The notes under the pieces were generated by a model. That model saw only the letters and a program-made list of their open reading frames with translations, had not been told where the DNA came from and made no database searches. 64,000 bases of DNA. It comes from Syntrophobacteraceae bacterium (GTDB taxonomy: Bacteria > Desulfobacterota > Syntrophobacteria > Syntrophobacterales > Syntrophobacteraceae). Positions 18,761 through 28,349 of this stretch are shown here, piece by piece. The first letter of the stretch is position 1; every line of letters starts with the position of its first letter. The position numbers and the translations under genes are program-made. The stretch lies in assembly GCA_049520035.1 (NCBI GenBank), contig JBEKQE010000017.1, forward strand, positions 3,289 to 67,288. Reading direction: 5' to 3'.

Positions 18761-19142
18761 AATGATAAAATAGTCACAACATTCATGCCAAACATGGCGA
18801 CGGAAAACTTTTTGCAGGGCGCCGGCTTCGTGTTTCCTCTGCCGATTGGCCTCTGAATTGAGAAGAAAAGCAATAACTACAAGTTAGTTGAGGCGGTATG
18901 CGGCGCCTGGGTTTTTCTAAAAGCATTCAGAATTGAAACAATTATGTACATATAGCCCGGATGCGGGCGAAAATTTTGCCTGGAGTTGAACGTTTTCGTT
19001 TCAAAATAGAGTTTATTTCGTCCCCGCATGTGCATATCTTGTAACTGGATGCCGGATTCCCAAAAAATGGACACTAGATGTTGGATGCGACTGTGCTGCG
19101 CGTTGAGCGCTTATCCAATATCCGGAACGGAGGACAAAGCTG

Positions 19143-19742
19143 ATGCTGCATGAGGAAGGAAAACTGACCCGATTGAATCCTAAGATCCCAATCACCACTC
19201 TCCAACCGGAGAAAAGGGTCGGCCTCGTGGTCGTTCTCACCGGGTATGGAAAAGGCAAGACTTCCTCGGCCCTGGGCATGGTCGTCCGCGCCTGCGGCCA
19301 CGGCATGAAGGTCTGCATGCTCCAGTTCATGAAGGGCGATATCTTCACCGGGGAATGGGAAGCGGTAAAAAAAATGGACTGCGACGTGGAAATAGCCGCT
19401 ACGGGCATGGGGTTTTGCGGAATCCAGGGAAACCCTTATTCGCACCCCCAGCATCGCGAAGCCGCCCAACGCGCCCTGCTTATGGCAAAAGAACGGATCG
19501 CTTCAGGAAAATATGACCTGATAGTCCTCGATGAGATCAATAACGCCGTCCATCTCAAGCTGGTGGACCTGGAACAGGTGATCGATCTGGTTCGCAGCAA
19601 GCCCCCACTTCTGCACCTCGTTCTGACGGGCCGCGACGCAGCCCCGGAGGTTATCTCGCTGGCCGATACGGCGAGCGAGGTCAGGGAACTCACCCATGCC
19701 TACCGCAAAGGCATAGAGCCGCAGCCCGGGGTGGACTTTTGA
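19143..19742 (+). CDS. cobO: Cob(I)yrinic acid a,c-diamide adenosyltransferase
   Basis: TGYGKGKTSSALGMVVRACGHGMKVCMLQFMKG and DLIVLDEINNAV motifs typical of CobO/BtuR. Confidence 0.85.
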   Translation: MLHEEGKLTRLNPKIPITTLQPEKRVGLVVVLTGYGKGKTSSALGMVVRACGHGMKVCMLQFMKGDIFTGEWEAVKKMDCDVEIAATGMGFCGIQGNPYSHPQHREAAQRALLMAKERIASGKYDLIVLDEINNAVHLKLVDLEQVIDLVRSKPPLLHLVLTGRDAAPEVISLADTASEVRELTHAYRKGIEPQPGVDF

Positions 19743-19827
19743 TAAATAAGGCCGCTTCTTTCCGCTCACCGTTCCTCGCGTAGCGATAGAACCGCAAGGA
19801 ATTATTTTTTCTTTTTCTGCTCACTGC

Positions 19828-20481
19828 TCACTGCTTCTGCGGATATCCCACTGATTGGGCGAGAATGATCTTCTGCTCCGGCCTCAGCTTCAATTCTTTT
19901 GCCAGCGCATCTCTGTCGATATTAGCCCGCACCACTGTAGCCAGACCCTCCGAGGCGCAGAAGAGATAGACATTTTCACTGATGAAACCAGTGTCGGCGC
20001 CTACGAGCATTTGCTTGTCATATCCGCCCGCGTTGACCTTTGAGTCATCCGATACATAGATAAGATTGACTGATGCGTCTTTTACATATGCCTGCGTACC
20101 CGTCATCGCCCTGATGTCCCTGGTCGCAATCGTGTCCAGGGTGTTTTTCTTCGCATCGTAGAGATAGACGCCATCAGCGGTTGCCACATAAATGTCTGTT
20201 TCCTGCCAATTTTTTGCCGATGGAGCGGTTCGCCTGCCATCCGGACGGTTTATTCCAAAAGCGGCCCAAAGAAGGTTCGACAGGGTTTGCATTGGGAGCT
20301 TTTCCCCGCTGAACGTGCGCATCGACATCCTCTCATTTAACGCCGACATGAGGGGCTTTCCGCCCTCCTTTTGAGGATTGGGAAGCTGAATGGTGGCAGA
20401 TTCGGCGGCAAAACTCAAAAGAGAACAGCCGAGCATGAAGACAAGCAAGATGGCGGCGAAAGATACTGATCTAACTTTCAT
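19828..20481 (-). CDS. Nitroreductase-family lipoprotein
   Basis: Signal peptide with a lipobox (LVFMLGCS) and a nitroreductase-like core (LSNLLWAAFGINRPDGRRTAPSA...). Confidence 0.7.
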   Translation of the reverse strand: MKVRSVSFAAILLVFMLGCSLLSFAAESATIQLPNPQKEGGKPLMSALNERMSMRTFSGEKLPMQTLSNLLWAAFGINRPDGRRTAPSAKNWQETDIYVATADGVYLYDAKKNTLDTIATRDIRAMTGTQAYVKDASVNLIYVSDDSKVNAGGYDKQMLVGADTGFISENVYLFCASEGLATVVRANIDRDALAKELKLRPEQKIILAQSVGYPQKQ

Positions 20482-20870
20482 GTGAATCTCCTATCGAAGT
20501 CATGTAGGGTGAACACAGTTTTATCGTGCCCCGCCTCGCGGAGCGTCGAAACCAAATGATATTTTGGTGGGCAGATAAGGCTTTGCCCACCCATTAGTCT
20601 TCTACTCATAGTAAGACTCAGCCGCCGGAATATCCACGAATTAACGAGCAGGCCAAGGTGATCAGCGACGATTATAATTTCCGGCCGGGGGAATAGTTGT
20701 CGCTGAACGGGAATTTTGATTATCGTCATGTGGGAGAAGTAATTGTCGTTGAAAACTGGTTGGTATTCCTCTGCGATTAAATAAATATAACTTTACATGG
20801 TAATACCTGGGTTTTTGCAGTGTAGGCAAACACAGCAAAAAAAAGGCCGCAAATCTAGTGACTTGCACAG

Positions 20871-21319
20871 GGGGGTAGAATTTGTCGTGTGCCCACGTTT
20901 GCGAGGGTGCCGATTTGATGTCCAAGATAGTCTTAGGTATTGGAATCTTTGTGTTCTTTAGAGTTCCGAAGGCACGCTCGATCACGAGGAGTCCTTTATA
21001 ACCCGCAGCTGCATCCTCGACGGTGATGGTATCCTCATTGGTCTGGAGCACCCATTTACCGTCGTGCTTTGAGGCCTGTTGGATAGCCTCTCGGTTTAGT
21101 CGGATGCGATCTTGCTTATCGATTGTGAGATAGCGTTTGTACCTGCCGGATGCCAGAAGATCGATCGCCGCGGACCCTCCTCAAACTGCGGTCACACAGG
21201 CGAATCGCCAAGGCATAAAGTGCACGGTAAAAACATACAAACGGAAAGAACTGGGTGCGCACCGTCAGGCGCTGAATAAATTGCTTGAGGCGAGATTCTC
21301 GCATTTCGACTATTAACAC
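20871..21319 (-). pseudogene. Decayed IS4/IS1634-type transposase fragment
   Basis: The segment DKQDRIRLNREAIQQASKHDGKWVLQTNEDTITVEDAAAGYKGLLVIERAFGTLKNT resembles the C-terminal region of IS1634-like transposases. It is split over frames and has no intact catalytic domain. Confidence 0.6.
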
Positions 21320-21382
21320 ACCTCTTCTCAGATCATTGCCGGTAAGGCGCCCTCTGAGTGCATCAAGCCCTGTGGACTTGGA

Positions 21383-21730
21383 TCACATAATCTTTCTGAA
21401 ATCAACAATTTTGTTGTAGATCCAACCAATCAGTGCACCACACAAAGTGCCGAGAGCAAAGCCATAAAAAAAACCAATGATACTTCCAAGGAAGGATACT
21501 TTGTATCCGATAAAGAATTGACTTAGGAGCTGCAAATGTGGACCAACTACATATTCCCCATTGGGAGTAATATGACCGCCTTTTATTAAAAGCCAGTTAG
21601 TTGCTATGAATATTAAAGATCCCATAAGGATACCGAGGATTAATCCTAAAATCCTGGCATTAAGTCTGAGGATTCCAGTGAACAGCTTTTCTTCATCCGT
21701 TTCTTTATTAGCAACCATCTCACACCTCAT
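21383..21730 (-). CDS. Small membrane protein, paralog of the C-terminal module of the 23998-25821 oxidoreductase
   Basis: Hydrophobic segments. LSQFFIGYKVSFLGSIIGFFYGFALGTLCGALIGWIYN aligns with LGQYFWGYSITVKGAFIGLAYSFFWGFLFGWLFAYLRN. Confidence 0.6.
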   Translation of the reverse strand: MRCEMVANKETDEEKLFTGILRLNARILGLILGILMGSLIFIATNWLLIKGGHITPNGEYVVGPHLQLLSQFFIGYKVSFLGSIIGFFYGFALGTLCGALIGWIYNKIVDFRKIM

Positions 21731-21769
21731 CTTGGAAGACCGAAGATAAAAGGGCGCTTTGGGCGGTTG

Positions 21770-23035
21770 TCAACATTTCTCTTCGGCCACAGACCACTTT
21801 TGCTGGATCGCGCACATAACCCGGTCACGACCAGGCATGTATCCGGAAGGATAAAAGTGCTCAGCCGCTATGTCGAATTGAGTGACATCGTAAACCAAGT
21901 CTGCAGTTACGCCGCGATTGTAGACTGCCAGATCCACGCAGCAACGCCCCGGCGAGAGGTTTATCGGTTCGGTTTCACAAACAACTGTGCCACTGGAAGG
22001 CAAGGTGTCGGGGATCTCACCGGTGCACCAGGTATCCAGAATGTAAATGGCAGCGCCGTTCTGGTCCGACACAGTGACAAGAAAGCGCGGACGCAGCAAG
22101 GGTCTGTCGCTGGCGTATTCAATCGCGATTCGAAGCCGGCTCGTAGTCCTTATAACCAGCGGCTGTTCCTTAGATTCGATGCGAATGGAACGTAACCTTA
22201 CAGTCCCGTCGCCCTGACGATCGATGCGATCTGTCAACGCGGCTGAACCTCCAGACAACGCGGACTCAAGATATCCTTGCACGACCTCAGGCGTTGGCCC
22301 GATCGCCTTCACGCGGCCGGCATCGAACCAAACCGTTTTTTGACAAATGGTCTGGATTGCGTGCATATTGTGACTGACAAACAAGACAGTGCGTCCTGCC
22401 CCGGCAACATCACCCATCTTGCCCAGGCATTTCTTCTGGAACGCAGCGTCGCCCACCGCCAGCACTTCGTCCACCAGCAGGATTTCCGGGTCGAGATGGG
22501 CTGCCACAGAAAACGCCAAACGCGTGAACATTCCACTGGAGTATCGCTTAACGGGTGTGTCGAGGAATTCTTCTACACCGGAAAAGGCGACGATCTCGTC
22601 GAACTTGCGCTTTATCTCTTGCCGTTTCATCCCCAGGAGCATGCCGTTCATAAAAACATTTTCCCGGCCGGTTAGTTCCATATGAAACCCAGTGCCCACT
22701 TCCAACAGGCTCCCCACTCGTCCATAAATGTCTGCATATCCCCTGGTTGGCTCGGTGATGCCCGTCAAGACCTTCAGGAGGGTGCTCTTACCTGCGCCGT
22801 TGCGGCCGATAACTCCGAGGATCTCGCCGTGGTTCACCTCTAAATCGACGTCGCGCAGTGCCCAGATCCAGCCGGGTCCGGCGGCATGGTTCCGGCCGGA
22901 TACCCAGAATCGGGCAGCACGCAGCGATGCGGATGCAGCACGCACCAGCGCTTCGCGAAGTGTCGGATACCGCTCACGAATTCCAATCCGGTAGCGCTTG
23001 GATAACCCCGAGATTTGTATGGCTAAGTTATTCAT
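21770..23035 (-). CDS. Polysaccharide/O-antigen ABC exporter ATP-binding protein (Wzt/TagH-like) with C-terminal extra domain
   Basis: Walker A GRNGAGKST, signature YSSGM, Walker B LLVDEVLAVGD, plus a ~170-aa C-terminal beta-rich domain as in Wzt. Confidence 0.85.
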   Translation of the reverse strand: MNNLAIQISGLSKRYRIGIRERYPTLREALVRAASASLRAARFWVSGRNHAAGPGWIWALRDVDLEVNHGEILGVIGRNGAGKSTLLKVLTGITEPTRGYADIYGRVGSLLEVGTGFHMELTGRENVFMNGMLLGMKRQEIKRKFDEIVAFSGVEEFLDTPVKRYSSGMFTRLAFSVAAHLDPEILLVDEVLAVGDAAFQKKCLGKMGDVAGAGRTVLFVSHNMHAIQTICQKTVWFDAGRVKAIGPTPEVVQGYLESALSGGSAALTDRIDRQGDGTVRLRSIRIESKEQPLVIRTTSRLRIAIEYASDRPLLRPRFLVTVSDQNGAAIYILDTWCTGEIPDTLPSSGTVVCETEPINLSPGRCCVDLAVYNRGVTADLVYDVTQFDIAAEHFYPSGYMPGRDRVMCAIQQKWSVAEEKC

Positions 23036-23042
23036 TTTAATA

Positions 23043-23912
23043 TCATATGATATCGGCGAATGATTTTTCCATCCTCCGGAAATAAAAGAGCCCGCCGATC
23101 AACAACACCGCCGTCGCCGCTACAGATACAAGCAACATTGGATCTGGAGGCGTTTTACCCAACAAAGCCCAACGAAACCCATTTACCACACCTACCATTG
23201 GGTTAATCCCATATAGCGCCTGCCACTTGGGAGGCACCAGAGAGCTCGAATAGGCGACCGGTGTGACGAACAGCCAAAATTGCGCCAAGAACGGAATTGT
23301 GTAGCGCACGTCGCGATATCTGACGTTGAATGCAGACAGCCACAGCCCTACAGCCAGTGCTGCCATCAGCGCAAGTAAGGTAAATAAGGGCAGTGTCAGA
23401 ATGGCCCAACCCAGGTGGATGCCATAGTAAAGCATCATCGCTATCAACGCCCCGAAAGCGATTGTGAAATCAACCAGGCCGGCGATCACCGATGCGAGAG
23501 GAACAATCAACCTTGGAAAATACACCTTGGTTATCACCTGTGCATCTTCCACAATTCTGTTGCTTGACTGGGTAAGGGCGTAGGCGAAGAGTTGCCATGG
23601 CACCAGCCCGCAGTAGGCAAAGATTGGATAGGGAATACCGTCGGAGGGCACCCCCGCCAGGTTGCCGAAAAAGATGCTAAAGACCACCATTGTCAGCACC
23701 GGTTGGAGCACAGCCCAGGCAACACCAAGCAAAGTTTGCTTGTATCTGACCTTTACGTCGCGAAGCGCATAGAAAACAACCAACTCGCGATACCGCCAGA
23801 GCTCGGCAAAATCAATTGCTACCCAACCGGGACGTGCCTGTCGCCGAACTACGGGCTGGCTTGCGTCCCCGCCGGTTGTGTGTTGTATCGCCCAGTATAT
23901 AACGTTTAACAT
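23043..23912 (-). CDS. ABC-2 type polysaccharide exporter permease (Wzm/TagG-like)
   Basis: 289 aa and polytopic, with an ABC-2 pattern (DVKVRYKQTLLGVAWAVLQP). It is adjacent to the ATPase gene. Confidence 0.85.
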   Translation of the reverse strand: MLNVIYWAIQHTTGGDASQPVVRRQARPGWVAIDFAELWRYRELVVFYALRDVKVRYKQTLLGVAWAVLQPVLTMVVFSIFFGNLAGVPSDGIPYPIFAYCGLVPWQLFAYALTQSSNRIVEDAQVITKVYFPRLIVPLASVIAGLVDFTIAFGALIAMMLYYGIHLGWAILTLPLFTLLALMAALAVGLWLSAFNVRYRDVRYTIPFLAQFWLFVTPVAYSSSLVPPKWQALYGINPMVGVVNGFRWALLGKTPPDPMLLVSVAATAVLLIGGLFYFRRMEKSFADII

Positions 23913-23997
23913 AGAATGCCCATATTCAGATTAATTTCGGATTTCGGAATGAAAAACCAACTGACCCCTCCGAAATGGAAATTTCTACTAAACCCGG

Positions 23998-25821
23998 TCA
24001 GAAATGATCCAGGAAATCTTTAAATGTTAGCAGCTCTTCTTTTCTTTTAACTAAATAAAGAAACAAGGCGGAAAGGAGATTTCTGAGGTATGCGAAGAGC
24101 CACCCAAACAAAAATCCCCAGAAAAAGCTATAGGCCAGACCGATAAAAGCGCCTTTCACCGTTATTGAATATCCCCAAAAGTACTGCCCAAGGAGATCCA
24201 AGCCCAACCCTCGATCTTGGCCTCCTCTTATGATCAACCATACCGTTGCGGCAAAGGTGAGTAGACCGACAACCGACCCTAAAGCTGTAGCCAAGCCCAA
24301 TTGGTCGATCCTGTGTGTCAAACCTGCAAAAGCCTTTTTAAGAGCAGCCCGTTCCCCGGATTCTGCGCTGATTTCTTCATGATAGTCTTGTTCCGTATTC
24401 ACTTTCCAAAGGTCATGGTTTGACCCTAAAATGTTTTCTGCCGCAAGCATTGCAGTCAACATCGAGTGGTCTTGATTATTGTACTTATGCATCCCGTTGC
24501 GGCCTACAACCTGAAAGTTACTAATATCCTGCAAAAATGTACGTACGACACTTAGTGATTCACGGTAGGCTGAGTCGTAAATTGGATAAGCTTTGGGCAT
24601 TCTCACGACTAAACCATCTTGCACCTCGCTTGTCGTCACCAACCCTAAAACCTCAAGTTCTTTTTTCCCCAGCTCGATCAAGTCATTATCCGGCAATGTC
24701 CAGAAGCTGTCACCTTCGAAACAGAAATATTCCAACCCCAAACAGGTTTTGCCTTCATCGGGCACCATGAAGGGGCTCCAATTTTTAAAATTTTGGATTC
24801 TGCCAACTTTAACATCAGGATCATGAATGTAGATCCAGTTATCCGGAAAGACTTCGCGTTTGTCGATAATGAGGACCGTGGTAAGAAAATCTCTGTATTT
24901 GAGATCGCTTGCGGCACGAAGCACGGCTTTTGGCACTGGAGGCTTAAACTTTTCAATGACCTCTCTAATCGGCATACTGCTGACAAAGTCGGTGCCGTCG
25001 ATTAGCTCCACTTGCCCATTCCGCTTCACTTCCAGAGTCGTCACCCTGTTTTCTGACCATAAGATGCCGGCAACTTCTGCGCCCAGCCAAACCTGGCAAC
25101 CGTTTTGTTGCACAATATTTGCAGCGGTTTGCCACATCATGCCGGGCCCGAATTTAGGGTAGTCAAATTCCTCGATCAGCGTTCTGATATCCTTGTTATT
25201 ATTCTTGCTGCGGATGAGGGCGTTTCTTAAACCGGTTAAGAGGGAAAGGCCTTTGATACGTTGCGCGGCCCATTCGGCACGGATTTCACTGCAAGGCATC
25301 TCCCAGACTTTTTCCGTATAAGTCTTAAAGAAGGTTTTGTATAGGCGGTCCCCAAAACGATTGACTACCCAGTGTTCAAAGGTTTCTTCATTTCTCCACG
25401 GAAATATCTGCGCGTAAAGGAAACTGAGTAAGACCAGGAAACTGTTCCATATCCCAAGGCTGAACAAAGCATTGAATGGGCGAAGAGGATAAGAAAAATA
25501 CTTTTTGTTGTAGTAGATTCTCGAGAGTCTTTTGCGTCGGAGGAGATCCGCGCCGAGCAATTCCTTCCACATGTCGTCAACTGCCTTGACCTTCGTGAAA
25601 AAGCGGTGCCCTCCTATATCAAAATAATAGTCCTTATAATTGACAGTTCTTGAAATCCCTCCAACCAGCCGGTCCTTTTCAAGAACAATGGATTGTACGC
25701 CGGCTTTGGAAAGGACATAAGCCGCCGTTAAACCGGCCGGACCTGCACCAACGATCATCACTTTCCTGGCATTAGACTTCTTGGCCGGTTCCATTATCAT
25801 AGTCTCAGAACTGTTTATCAA
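23998..25821 (-). CDS. NAD(P)/FAD-dependent oxidoreductase (amine-oxidase/UDP-galactopyranose-mutase-like fold) fused to a C-terminal membrane module
   Basis: Rossmann motif VMIVGAGPAGLTAAYVLSKAG...LEKDRLVGG. The C-terminal ~110 aa is hydrophobic and paralogous to 21383-21730. Confidence 0.8.
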   Translation of the reverse strand: MINSSETMIMEPAKKSNARKVMIVGAGPAGLTAAYVLSKAGVQSIVLEKDRLVGGISRTVNYKDYYFDIGGHRFFTKVKAVDDMWKELLGADLLRRKRLSRIYYNKKYFSYPLRPFNALFSLGIWNSFLVLLSFLYAQIFPWRNEETFEHWVVNRFGDRLYKTFFKTYTEKVWEMPCSEIRAEWAAQRIKGLSLLTGLRNALIRSKNNNKDIRTLIEEFDYPKFGPGMMWQTAANIVQQNGCQVWLGAEVAGILWSENRVTTLEVKRNGQVELIDGTDFVSSMPIREVIEKFKPPVPKAVLRAASDLKYRDFLTTVLIIDKREVFPDNWIYIHDPDVKVGRIQNFKNWSPFMVPDEGKTCLGLEYFCFEGDSFWTLPDNDLIELGKKELEVLGLVTTSEVQDGLVVRMPKAYPIYDSAYRESLSVVRTFLQDISNFQVVGRNGMHKYNNQDHSMLTAMLAAENILGSNHDLWKVNTEQDYHEEISAESGERAALKKAFAGLTHRIDQLGLATALGSVVGLLTFAATVWLIIRGGQDRGLGLDLLGQYFWGYSITVKGAFIGLAYSFFWGFLFGWLFAYLRNLLSALFLYLVKRKEELLTFKDFLDHF

Positions 25822-26011
25822 ACAGCTTTGGGATGATTTGGCCGCAAAACCTGATCAGTCCCGACCTCGGTGTCTTGCAACAAATCCAGGCGTCCCTTAT
25901 GGATGCTGAATTTCTCAATTTGCTCCCACCTTGTCAATGACTTGAGGATCGCCCTCCCATGCCATGCCCAACGGAAATCTCACCACCTCACTCTGTTCGT
26001 AAGCAACGATT

Positions 26012-27079
26012 TTACCGATGGGATAAGTGTTTTGCCATTCCTATCGCGAAGGCCAACCCGCTGTACAAAAAATAAAGATAGTGCCAGGCGAGCGCTCTGG
26101 CGGCAAACCACCAACCCCCTTTGCTATGGAAGAACAGGACAAGCCGTGAGTTGAGCGAAAGCAGCAACAGCGCCAACAAAACCGCGACAATAAAAAGCCA
26201 GGGCCACAGAACTGCTCCAACCAGCGCACTCAAAATGGCGTAACATATCAGTATACTGATACGGCTTGAGATTCGCAAGTTAAGATCGCTGATGAAGCGC
26301 CGATCACGCAGGATGAGCTCAGTCCAGGGGAGAGCGCGCTGGAAGAAGTCCGCTTTCAACAGAGGTAACCATCCCCAGCGCTTCAGGTGTTTAACCTGTA
26401 GAGATTTAACCAATTCGATCCGATGGCCGGCCGCGGTTAGGCGGTAGCCCAGTTCAATATCTTCGATGCAAGGTTTTCGATAGCTTTCGTCAAAACCACC
26501 CGAGGCGAGAAAGATCTCCCGCCTAATAGCGCCGCATGCCCCCCAGAAAGTCGACGCCTCGCTGTTTGCCTGTTGATGGGTGAAATGATGAAAAAGGTTT
26601 TTGTACCTCGAGAAAAAATCCCCTGCGCCGGGGTCGTCATCATAGGACCCGATGATGGCCGCCAGGTCTGGTTCCCGCCTGAAGATCTCTGTGACCTGGC
26701 CTATCAGCCCGGAAGGAACAGCCACATCCGCATCGATAAAGAGAAGGATATCTCCCGTTGCCTCTCGCGCTCCTCGATTCCGCGCCTTGGCGGGACCTCC
26801 CGAAACAGGCTCGCGGATTACCCGGACGCCCAGTTTTTGAGCCTCCCGCCAGGAATTGCCCTCATCACCGTCAGCTACGACAATGATTTCTCCCGGAGCA
26901 GGTGAGGCATCCAGGAGGCACAGCATGCACTTGACAAATTCCAGGCCACCGTTGTTGACTGGTACGATCACAGAGATGCTGGGACTAAGTTCGGACAATC
27001 TTGAACCCCCGGCAAAGGGTCGAACATTTTCGGCCGGCTGCTTTCTCGGCTCGCACCCGAAAATTCGAAAAGCTGGCAC
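26012..27079 (-). CDS. Family 2 glycosyltransferase with C-terminal TM segments
   Basis: SVIVPVNNGG..., IIVVADGDEGNS, a DADV motif and a hydrophobic C-terminus. Confidence 0.8.
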   Translation of the reverse strand: MPAFRIFGCEPRKQPAENVRPFAGGSRLSELSPSISVIVPVNNGGLEFVKCMLCLLDASPAPGEIIVVADGDEGNSWREAQKLGVRVIREPVSGGPAKARNRGAREATGDILLFIDADVAVPSGLIGQVTEIFRREPDLAAIIGSYDDDPGAGDFFSRYKNLFHHFTHQQANSEASTFWGACGAIRREIFLASGGFDESYRKPCIEDIELGYRLTAAGHRIELVKSLQVKHLKRWGWLPLLKADFFQRALPWTELILRDRRFISDLNLRISSRISILICYAILSALVGAVLWPWLFIVAVLLALLLLSLNSRLVLFFHSKGGWWFAARALAWHYLYFLYSGLAFAIGMAKHLSHR

Positions 27080-27355
27080 TCCTGCTCACAGGCAGTGCCG
27101 GACGAAAGATTACAGGCTAACAGTAAAGGCAGGTAAAGTCAAAACCCATGTTCATAGTGTTCAGGTCCTTGCATGAGTAAAAAAACACGAAAACTCTGAC
27201 TTTGGAATCCTGAGTAATCCATCAACAAGTCTTTTTTTGGTGCATTAAGGCCACGGTGGGCGAACGGCCTGCGTTGACCACTCCGAAAAAGAGAGTGACT
27301 GTAGATGCATGAAATGACAAGCGTAATTGAACGAACAGGAAGGCTCGGCAACTAC

Positions 27356-27589
27356 TTAAATCGCCTCATCAAGCTCCTGAGGGTCTGCGTCTTTAACGCT
27401 CGCCCGGATCTGCTCCGTCATTTGAAAGAATCGCCGCCCGGCCAGCTCTCGATCAACGGCAGTTTTGGGCTTGATGGTCATTCCAGCTTCGGTGAGCTTT
27501 ACCTCCAAAAGGTCCCCTTCTTCAATCCCCAAGGCCGCCCTCAGCTCTTTGGGGATGGTGATTTGTCCATTCAGGGGGTAAGGTTCTTG
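27356..27589 (-). pseudogene. AbrB/MazE/SpoVT-type antitoxin-like ORF lacking a canonical start
   Basis: Manual translation gives QEPYPLNGQITIPKELRAALGIEEGDLLEVKLTEAGMTIKPK..., a SpoVT-AbrB loop-hinge pattern. There is no ATG, GTG or TTG between the upstream TGA and the domain. Confidence 0.4.
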
Positions 27590-27723
27590 TCAGGTTTCTC
27601 AGGAAGTCCCCGGAAATCCGTTTTGGAGATAAAACTCTCTCCACACTTCCATACAATAGGCGACAAAGAGATCGCCTTCGTTTTTGGCAAAAATATTGAA
27701 AGTCATGAAAATCCCTAAATGCT

Positions 27724-28323
27724 TCAACTTTTCATGATTTGAAGAACAACATAGTTTGAACGAATCGATTTACCATCGAGCAGTCCGGCCAGGGATACCG
27801 GGGCGCGGTCCAGTTCTGCTTCCATTACTGCTTCTTGCAGCAGTTCATCCCTGTTCGAAAAAAAGTCCTCCAAATCTGACCCTTTAAGGAGTATCCCGCT
27901 GTTGAGAAGTTCGGGCCCCATTTCTTTCGCAATTGTGTTAAAGAGCTTCAGCTTGAGTATCGCCTCCTCGGTACAGTGGGGGCCCATTTCTGCGGAAGTC
28001 CTCGATCGGAGCGCGGAAATGGGGCTTCCTTTCCGAAGAATTGCGCCTGCAAGCCCCGGCATTGCGGCAGAAAGTGCGATCACGCAGCCGTCTTTGACAA
28101 TTGCCCGATCCAGGTCGTCCACAGCGCTCCCGTCGAGGAAAACTGTCTGCACCTTCTCTTCGAGGTATTTGCGTGAAAAGCCGGCCTCCTCTAAAACTCT
28201 TGCGAGGGGCAATCCCGCCAGGGTCTTTAGATAGACACCCTGCTGAAATATCGGAAAAAGCCTCGACTCCTGGCCGGGTTTCAATTTAAGGCGGAGATTC
28301 CGAATAGATTCAGAACACATCAT
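27724..28323 (-). CDS. Hypothetical protein, last gene of the aroF-tyrA transcription unit
   Basis: 199-aa ORF on the same strand, 27 nt after tyrA. No family was recognised. Confidence 0.5.
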   Translation of the reverse strand: MMCSESIRNLRLKLKPGQESRLFPIFQQGVYLKTLAGLPLARVLEEAGFSRKYLEEKVQTVFLDGSAVDDLDRAIVKDGCVIALSAAMPGLAGAILRKGSPISALRSRTSAEMGPHCTEEAILKLKLFNTIAKEMGPELLNSGILLKGSDLEDFFSNRDELLQEAVMEAELDRAPVSLAGLLDGKSIRSNYVVLQIMKS

Positions 28324-28349
28324 GATCCAATAAATCCTGTAAATCCTGT

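Noticed and set aside
19082-19097. Sigma54-like TGGATGCGACTGTGCT upstream of cobO, divergent from the bEBP gene
   Set aside because: The GG/GC spacing is right but only 7 of 12 consensus positions match. That is too weak to call without a PWM score.
18781-19142. Cobalamin riboswitch upstream of cobO
   Set aside because: I found no convincing B12 box (GCCACTG-type) or conserved GGGAA/GGTG core elements by eye. A covariance-model scan would be needed to say more.
20529-20552. A CRISPR-repeat-like sequence (GTTTCGACGCTCCGCGAGGCGGGGCAC... on the minus strand)
   Set aside because: It occurs as single dispersed copies many kb apart, not in a repeat-spacer array.
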